A program made the position numbers and the translations under genes. This document shows, in pieces, positions 57,638-64,000 of a stretch of DNA of 64,000 nt (position 1 is its first letter; every line of letters begins with the position of its first letter). The DNA lies in IMG/VR virus record IMGVR_UViG_3300021960_000030, positions 32,001 through 96,000 of that record; one strand, written 5' to 3'. Under the pieces are notes generated by a model. It had not been told where the DNA came from and did no database searches. It was given only the letters and a program-made list of their open reading frames with translations. This DNA is from a virus.

Positions 57638-60232
57638 TTAACACTTATTGATGAGCGGTGATGGGTTCGGTTGTGATACAATCACGGATTGCGTCTCACC
57701 GTTTGCAGCAGAACGGATCTGCTGAATCATAATAGTGCTTCCACCAGGGGCAAGTGCCCTATTCATTGCTTGCTGACTGCTGAATGCAGAGAGCGACCCA
57801 ACTTTATTTATGGACTGATTATCAGTGCCCTTGATTGCACCAACTGCTGCTTGCAGACTACCAAAGTATTCTTCCTCAGCACCAGCAGACATCGGATCAT
57901 TGCCGATGATTCCACCTTGGAAGATATCGCTGAGGGAGTATTGAGGTGCCGCTGCAACTTCCGCTCCATCTACACTCTGGGATTCTGATCCATCCTCTTC
58001 CTGGGAAGGAGTATTGCCAGTGCTACCACTGACAGGTTTACCCATAGAGACATAGTTTGAGAATACCTCATGCAATCTCTTAGGTGCGTTCATGTGCAGG
58101 TGCCAAGATCCAGGTGTGCCTGTGTCACCCTGACCACCAACAATCGTACCCGCTGGGATTTTACTTCCAGGTCTAAAGTTACCAAAAGAATGCAGGTGAG
58201 AATACTGCATGAAACCCTGCTTCGTCTTGAGGACCACGGTGTTACCGTAACCACCAGAACGAGATGTGGGGTCTTTGTAAACAACCTCAGCAGGCAATGG
58301 AGTTGGGATGCCTACGTCTCTACCAGAAGAGGGCCAAGGATCACCACTCTTCGTATTACTGAAGTTGTAGTCCTTGGGATAACCAATCTTGTGTGAACCG
58401 TACGATCTAAACGTCGTAGGTTGACTGTGGTGCTGATAAAGCATTCCATAGGTAATCTCTTTACCCATGGGTAACTTCTTAGATGCACCACCAGAACCAG
58501 TGGTGTACCAAGCTTGAATCTTACCACCCGATGCCTTCTTGGGCATCTTCTTAGGTTCGGTTCTCTTTCTTTGGTGAACCTCTCTCTGTACTTGGTTCTT
58601 ATTGCTAACAGGACCACCTTCGGCACGGAAGAGACCCGTAACAAAGTTCCAGACTGCTCCTGCCTTCTCTGCTAAGAACTCTGCACCATTGATGATGTTC
58701 CTGATGGTGTCAATCACACCGTCAAGAACTGAGTTTAGAATAAACTCGTTGAACTTGTTGATACCATCAACAACATCTGCCAGGAGATCAATCCAAGTAA
58801 ATGTAAAGTCCAGGAAGGGTTTAATAAACTTGAGTTGAATATTCAACACCTTCTTGATGGTGTCTTTGATAAACCTCTTCGCCTTCTTGAGGAACTCAAA
58901 TACTTTCTTAAATGCCTTCTCTACCAGAGGTGCAAGTTTCTCACCTGCCCACTTACCCAACCAGTCACCGATCAAACCACCGATGATGGGAGCAAAGGGA
59001 CCAAGAAAAGGACCCAGTAGAGCGGTACCAATAACGGCACCAAGCATACCACCTGCTGCAGCACCAACACCGCGGCCAACTGCTTCGGTATTTGTCTTGC
59101 CTTCTGCGAGTGCATCCTGATAGGCATTCACACCGCTCAGGACTGCCATAGCAGGTCCAGCAATCCTGGTCAGACCTTTAGTCAGACCTTTCATTCTACC
59201 GAGTTTGCCACTCAGTTTCTTAAGACCATTACTAAGGTTCTTGGCACCTCGATTGATTTTGTTTGCGGTTGCCCTGACCTTATTAAATGGTCCTCTACCC
59301 TTTACGTTCCCTTGGAATCTTCTACGAGCAGCATCACCACCATAGCGGCGAGCATATCTCTGTCTCGCTGCCTTAGATGAGTTGGCAGTTCTCTGTCTCC
59401 TGCTAGGACGTTGGTTGCCTCCTCTTTGTTGATCCTGTTGATCCTCACTTTCACCGTTGAAGATGTCCCAGAGTTGCACAAAACGTCTGGTGTCGTTGAT
59501 CAACTTCCAAGGCATGAACACCCTAGAAGCAACCCAGAGACCACCCAGACCTAAAACCAGTTGACCGATTCCCTTGACGCCATCGAACACACGTTCCATG
59601 ACGCTCTTATTTGGATCAGTGGTGCCAGTCAGTGTGGCAACACCATCCATGAACTTATCAATACCGAATGATAAGATCTTATATCCGAACTTACCCCATC
59701 CTACAAGAAAGTCCAGTACGGTCTGGACCTTATCGGGGTTCTTTGATACCCAGTCAAGTGCTGCTAAAGCACCCAACTGAGCGATAAACGGTGCTAGAAG
59801 ATTACCAATAGACTTAAAGAATCCGAGGATGCCTTTGAGTGCACCCCCCTTTTCCTTTTTGACCTTCTCCTTCAGTTTGGATTCATCAACGACATTTTCA
59901 TCGTCAACATCCTTCTCTTGCAGATCTTCTGCTTCTTGATCTTGCTTCTTGTTCTTTAGTTTTTCATCTACCCGTCTACCTTCCAACCAACGCTTGTGTG
60001 ATTGTTTGTTCTGGTGACGAATCTTTCTAGTACGGCGTTCTCCCGTACTATCCAACCACTCTTCCGAAAACTCATGCAGACCGTGGATTTGACCAATGCT
60101 CCTGCCGATGCCCGTGAGAGTGGTGCCAAGACGGTTAATCTGTCTAATGGAATCAGTAAAGCCCACAGAAAGTCCAGTGCTATCCCTTGCAGGGCGCACT
60201 GGTACATATTCTCTGACTTTTATTTTTGCCAT
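57638..60232 (-). CDS. Tape-measure/hub-like virion protein with an M23 peptidase domain
   Basis: GGYGNTVV..YSHL...G..GDTG...HLH. Paralogous N-terminus to 55082..57634 (LDW.S.NP.KVQ). Confidence 0.8.
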   Translation of the reverse strand: MAKIKVREYVPVRPARDSTGLSVGFTDSIRQINRLGTTLTGIGRSIGQIHGLHEFSEEWLDSTGERRTRKIRHQNKQSHKRWLEGRRVDEKLKNKKQDQEAEDLQEKDVDDENVVDESKLKEKVKKEKGGALKGILGFFKSIGNLLAPFIAQLGALAALDWVSKNPDKVQTVLDFLVGWGKFGYKILSFGIDKFMDGVATLTGTTDPNKSVMERVFDGVKGIGQLVLGLGGLWVASRVFMPWKLINDTRRFVQLWDIFNGESEDQQDQQRGGNQRPSRRQRTANSSKAARQRYARRYGGDAARRRFQGNVKGRGPFNKVRATANKINRGAKNLSNGLKKLSGKLGRMKGLTKGLTRIAGPAMAVLSGVNAYQDALAEGKTNTEAVGRGVGAAAGGMLGAVIGTALLGPFLGPFAPIIGGLIGDWLGKWAGEKLAPLVEKAFKKVFEFLKKAKRFIKDTIKKVLNIQLKFIKPFLDFTFTWIDLLADVVDGINKFNEFILNSVLDGVIDTIRNIINGAEFLAEKAGAVWNFVTGLFRAEGGPVSNKNQVQREVHQRKRTEPKKMPKKASGGKIQAWYTTGSGGASKKLPMGKEITYGMLYQHHSQPTTFRSYGSHKIGYPKDYNFSNTKSGDPWPSSGRDVGIPTPLPAEVVYKDPTSRSGGYGNTVVLKTKQGFMQYSHLHSFGNFRPGSKIPAGTIVGGQGDTGTPGSWHLHMNAPKRLHEVFSNYVSMGKPVSGSTGNTPSQEEDGSESQSVDGAEVAAAPQYSLSDIFQGGIIGNDPMSAGAEEEYFGSLQAAVGAIKGTDNQSINKVGSLSAFSSQQAMNRALAPGGSTIMIQQIRSAANGETQSVIVSQPNPSPLINKC

Positions 60233-60414
60233 TAGAGTGACTGTCTATTTTGTGCCTTTTGCCTACGCTCTTCCTCTTGGAGGTGGGCGATAAGTAAGTT
60301 CACATATACATCACGTTCCCACGGAATCATGTCTTCAAGTTCAGTTAGACTGTACTTGTGATGCTGCATCAGAGCAAAGTTAACCTTATACATGTTCATA
60401 AGGTTGTCATGCAT
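60232..60414 (-). CDS. gp51: Baseplate hub assembly catalyst gp51
   Basis: NFALMQHHKYSLTELEDMIPWERDVYV. Confidence 0.9.
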   Translation of the reverse strand: MHDNLMNMYKVNFALMQHHKYSLTELEDMIPWERDVYVNLLIAHLQEEERRQKAQNRQSL

Positions 60415-60419
60415 GAGTG

Positions 60420-61124
60420 CTATCCGAAAAAAGCAGCAAGACCTTCTAATACAACTGTGCTCTTGACGCCAGTCTTGGGGTTTTCTACCGCAAGATCATG
60501 CTTCAGTTTGGGGATCGTATCAAAGAACTTCTGAACTTGTTGGAACTGCTCAGAGTTCAACTCTCCCAAGAAATCAAGTGCTTCTTTCTGAGTGAAAGAC
60601 TCGTAGATTTCTTCAGCGTCATACACCTTATCGATACATGATGCTGCAAGTTTGAACATATCCTCGATGTCGGGATTGTCCTTCATATTCTGATCAATGA
60701 ACACATCCAGGGACGGATACTTCATTTCCATTTTAATGTTCCCACCCAGATCAATCATGTTGGTATGATCTGGATCAACAACAACATCAATCTGCTCCAG
60801 GGGAAGACGAACTTCCACAGTAGTCTCATTATCATCTGGGCAGGTGATGACAAACTCACTCACCTCACCAACTGCCTTTGCACGAATGCGAAGGAAGATG
60901 TATTCAATCTCGAATGTGGGGAGTTTGTCGATATCCTTCTTGATATCGGTACAGTTTTTAATAATCGTCTTCACCGCATTCACCATCTCGGATTCCTTTT
61001 GGGATTCCATGGCAAGATACAGGAGTTTTTCTTCTTTGACTAGAAAAGGTCTATACTTAACCTTTCTACCTGATATAGGAAGTGTACATGTATACTCAGG
61101 TACAACAAGTTTAGGTAAGGGCAT
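60420..61124 (-). CDS. gp26: Baseplate hub subunit gp26
   Basis: MPLPKL..Y...LP..G..VKYRPFLVKEEK...LEGLAAFF. Confidence 0.92.
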   Translation of the reverse strand: MPLPKLVVPEYTCTLPISGRKVKYRPFLVKEEKLLYLAMESQKESEMVNAVKTIIKNCTDIKKDIDKLPTFEIEYIFLRIRAKAVGEVSEFVITCPDDNETTVEVRLPLEQIDVVVDPDHTNMIDLGGNIKMEMKYPSLDVFIDQNMKDNPDIEDMFKLAASCIDKVYDAEEIYESFTQKEALDFLGELNSEQFQQVQKFFDTIPKLKHDLAVENPKTGVKSTVVLEGLAAFFG

Positions 61125-61161
61125 AATGTGGCATTACGACTTCAGTATAGGTATTTAGCGG

Positions 61162-61911
61162 TTAAATACCATAGTCATTTACCTCTGTTTGCCCGTAGTC
61201 TCCGCTGATTCCAATATCGTTAAGAACGCCGAGACTGATACCTGCCTGAGTGAAAAGATCAATATAGCGATCAGGCATATTTGCCCAACCAACGTTTTCA
61301 AGAACCTGATCGAACCTGTATCTTTCATATGCAAACTCAATATCCATTTTCATGAGTGTGGTGCTTTCGTTGTTCAGGTTCATCACACTGATGTTAGTCG
61401 GGAATGCACCAATCATTTGCCAGGCACCAGTGCAACGATTGAGTCTTTGTTTGATACGGGGATCTCTATGATCCTTATACACTACGTTACTGCCCAGTTC
61501 CCACTTCTGAATAATGATATTCGTGGTGTACTGGTCGTAGAATGCTGTGCGGTTCTCTTGATCGCCTGCAGCACTATTCATCCACAGTTCAAACACCTGT
61601 CTCATCAGCAGGTCTTTTGTGACTAAGAATGAGATAGTAATAGGACTGTTGACCTGACCCGTAGCGTAGTTACGCTGCATACCAAAGTCTTTGACCTGTG
61701 AGGTCGTGATTTGTCTGCTAGGTACGGTTACATCATCAGCAGCAAAGTTCACATACTCGGTCCAGGTACGAAACTCACTGAACCCAGCGGCACGAACACA
61801 AGGGGGCAGACCCACAAACACAGAATATAGGTTGGAACGGGCGGGTTCTGCTCCACCAGTACGAATCCAATCTCTAAACTCTGTAAATGAGTTTGGTGCT
61901 GAGTATGGCAC
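61162..61911 (-). CDS. Baseplate tail-tube initiator / tube-fold protein (gp54-like)
   Basis: ARSNLY.V, V.VP.R.I, FE.WM, AFPTNIS...L...F.Y. Located between gp2 and gp26. Confidence 0.7.
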   Translation of the reverse strand: MPYSAPNSFTEFRDWIRTGGAEPARSNLYSVFVGLPPCVRAAGFSEFRTWTEYVNFAADDVTVPSRQITTSQVKDFGMQRNYATGQVNSPITISFLVTKDLLMRQVFELWMNSAAGDQENRTAFYDQYTTNIIIQKWELGSNVVYKDHRDPRIKQRLNRCTGAWQMIGAFPTNISVMNLNNESTTLMKMDIEFAYERYRFDQVLENVGWANMPDRYIDLFTQAGISLGVLNDIGISGDYGQTEVNDYGI

Positions 61912-62384
61912 TATAATCTACTCCAAACGTGAGAACTAGGTATGTCGATTTGCCGACCCATAACAGTAGTTGTGAACTGTTCTAGTGGCAACTTGCCAAT
62001 ACTGTCCAGTTCTTCTTTGGGGACTAAATACATAGAACCCGCTGCACTTAAGAAGTATTTATGATGGCAGCGGCGAGGATATGACATTCCTCCTGCCTTG
62101 ATTGACGCTCCTACACTAATCTGTACTGTAGGTCTGAGGTAATGTAGGTTACCACCCTCAAACATGTTCTCAGCAAGATTGACATCTGTAATAAGTGTCA
62201 TTGGAAACTTATCCCAGAACTTTAGTTTTTCTGCTGTCTGTGCGCTGTAGTTGTAGAAAACAACGTCGCCAATAGCAGGCAAACGGTCCAAAGGTGTAAG
62301 TAGAGAACGGACTTGATCGCGATACCAAGGGCGTGATTTTCTCCTGAATCCTGCTCCATCCATTACATCCGAGTAAATGCTCAT
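61911..62384 (-). CDS. gp2: DNA end protector gp2
   Basis: FYNYSA...L.FWDKFP...GGNLHYL.P...HKYF...LPLEQF. Confidence 0.85.
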   Translation of the reverse strand: MSIYSDVMDGAGFRRKSRPWYRDQVRSLLTPLDRLPAIGDVVFYNYSAQTAEKLKFWDKFPMTLITDVNLAENMFEGGNLHYLRPTVQISVGASIKAGGMSYPRRCHHKYFLSAAGSMYLVPKEELDSIGKLPLEQFTTTVMGRQIDIPSSHVWSRL

Positions 62385-62815
62385 ACCTTGAGTTCCTTTT
62401 CGGTGAGTATCAGAAAACTCATTTTACGGTCAGCACAATAATCTCTTGCTGCCTTCCACTTCGCCTCATTGACAGCATATGTTTTGACCTCAGTCAAATA
62501 TTTTTTGGTCTTCCTTGTCTGCTTCTTGGGGGGAGCAGTCTGCGACTTTGGTTTAACTTCAATAATGAACTTCTCAATCCCTCCACCCCTGGTCCTTGCT
62601 CGGACATAGAAGTCTGGATAATAGCGATGAACCCTACCGTCAACAGGAGAGATGTAAGGAATAACGATTTCTTCACTGCCCCACTCTAAAACGTTATCGT
62701 TTTTATCGCACCACACCATGAACTTTCTTTCCCACAAACTGCGATAAATAATGTTTGTAGGATCCCCCTTATATTTTTGAGTATGTGATGGTCTAAACCT
62801 TCCAGAGTAACTCAT
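62381..62815 (-). CDS. gp4: Head completion protein gp4
   Basis: YSGRF.P..KYKGDPTNIIYRSLWE..WGSEE..YYPDF..EVKP..N.AKW. The true start is MSYSG at 62815. Confidence 0.93.
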   Translation of the reverse strand: MSYSGRFRPSHTQKYKGDPTNIIYRSLWERKFMVWCDKNDNVLEWGSEEIVIPYISPVDGRVHRYYPDFYVRARTRGGGIEKFIIEVKPKSQTAPPKKQTRKTKKYLTEVKTYAVNEAKWKAARDYCADRKMSFLILTEKELKV

Positions 62816-63791
62816 GGCATTAGTATTTCCGAGAGTAAAACCGCTCGGTACAAGTTCGGTTAGTAGCAGAAAAGCGATTGGAAACACCGCATCGTTTCCA
62901 ACTGAGGCAATGGACTACCTGAAAATCGATATCTTCGATTCCAGGAAAACTAGCCCGTATAACTATGTAGGCAGCGGTCAGGGAACTGGCAGATCTAAAG
63001 GACGATCTAAAGAATCGATCTTCTTGTACCTTCCAGCCAACTTATCCGAACAGTATACCACAAAGTATAACCAAGTGGGTCTAGGGGCGTTTGGTAAGGC
63101 TGGAATGGATGCAATGTCCCAAGGTAACGTCCAAGGTATTGGGCAAACGATCTCTCAGGGGGCAGAACAAGGAAAATCCCAACTTTCGGGTCAAATGGCG
63201 GCGAGTGCCATGAACATCGCGAACATGGGTAATACTAATATCACAGTTAATGATCTTGCTGCTCTTTCAAAGAGAGCGATTCTCAACCCATACGAAGAAA
63301 CCACATTCCAAGGGGTTGACTATAGAACTCATTCATTCCAGTTCAAACTGGTCCCCAGAGGTCCACAAGACGTTGTAGCAATCACCAAGATTATCCAATC
63401 TTTGCGTGTGTCTATGCTGCCTGGCACATCAGGTGGTGGTGATAATGCTGGATCAACAGATGTCTTCTCTCAGATTGACTCTGGTACAGGTAGAGGAGAT
63501 CGTTGGTTGACTATTCCCGACTTCTTCCAGTTAAGCATCGTAAGATACAAAGGTGCGAATGAAACTCTGGATGACGACATGTCTCCCCCAGAAACGCTCT
63601 CGTTCCTGATGCAGTTCCCAACAAAGTGTGTTCTGACCAACATGACAGTGAATATCACTCCAGATGGTCACCTGAATACCCTCAAGAATGGGGATAATAA
63701 GAACGATACCTATGATTATGGTCCGACCGCATATGAACTGGGTCTTCAGTTCAGCGAAACTGCATTCATTACACGAGAAATGTTAAGATGA
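62814..63791 (+). CDS. gp48: Baseplate tail tube cap gp48
   Basis: IFLYLP..L..Y...Y, NPY.E..FQG..YR.HSFQFKL.P, P..F.L and L.F.E. Confidence 0.88.
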   Translation: MALVFPRVKPLGTSSVSSRKAIGNTASFPTEAMDYLKIDIFDSRKTSPYNYVGSGQGTGRSKGRSKESIFLYLPANLSEQYTTKYNQVGLGAFGKAGMDAMSQGNVQGIGQTISQGAEQGKSQLSGQMAASAMNIANMGNTNITVNDLAALSKRAILNPYEETTFQGVDYRTHSFQFKLVPRGPQDVVAITKIIQSLRVSMLPGTSGGGDNAGSTDVFSQIDSGTGRGDRWLTIPDFFQLSIVRYKGANETLDDDMSPPETLSFLMQFPTKCVLTNMTVNITPDGHLNTLKNGDNKNDTYDYGPTAYELGLQFSETAFITREMLR

Positions 63792-64000
63792 GTACATATT
63801 TTTCATACCTTCCTAACGTATACGTTCGCCTTGATAGTTTTTACAAGCAAGGCGTAGATCCGTATATCCAAGCAAAGAACATTTTTCGTCGTATTAAGAT
63901 ACGAGACGATATTACTGGTGCAGTTCTTGGTTTCCAGCAGTATTCTATTGGTTCTAACGAAAGACCTGATGAAACTGCTAACAAGGCATACGGTGACCCT
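63788..64000 (+). CDS. gp53: Baseplate wedge subunit gp53 (5' part)
   Basis: Hand translation MSTYFSYLPNV...KNIFRRIKIRDD...QYSI..NERPDETA.KAYGDP. Runs off the window. Confidence 0.88.
   Translation, partial: MSTYFSYLPNVYVRLDSFYKQGVDPYIQAKNIFRRIKIRDDITGAVLGFQQYSIGSNERPDETANKAYGDP

Noticed and set aside
62816-62887. N-terminal extension of gp4 in the ORF track
   Set aside because: It overlaps gp48 coding sequence. Homology begins at MSYSG (62815).

Overview
This is a 64-kb segment of a T4-like marine cyanomyovirus (Kyanoviridae-type, probably infecting Synechococcus). Nearly all genes are on the minus strand. The left end holds baseplate wedge genes: a giant gp7 that runs off the window start, gp6, gp25, a PAAR gp5.4 and a large virion protein. 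A non-coding junction with clustered cyanobacterial-type DnaA boxes follows. Next is an early region of small ORFs driven by at least 8 copies of a palindrome-plus-(-10) promoter cassette. That region also carries an orphan EcoRI-family endonuclease, a tail-tip-type lysozyme and an SF2 helicase. It is followed by a tightly packed late cluster: a Gly-rich adhesin, a chaperone, a flavin halogenase, many 2OG-Fe(II)/JmjC oxygenases and an S-type bilin lyase. Then come fibre and virion genes, an HNH nuclease, a tRNA cluster, gp5, cpeT, cp12, hub and tape-measure-like genes, gp51, gp26, a gp54-like gene, gp2, gp4, and the divergent gp48 and gp53. The most striking observation is that a by-eye scan found no AATT tetramer anywhere in the 64 kb. 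CCGG was also absent and RGCY is strongly depleted. The window encodes a minimal EcoRI-like nuclease that keeps the AATT-core-reading GNAIER motif and has no methyltransferase beside it. This is a candidate methylase-free phage restriction system in which self-immunity comes from genome-wide site avoidance. All k-mer counts are manual and need computational confirmation.
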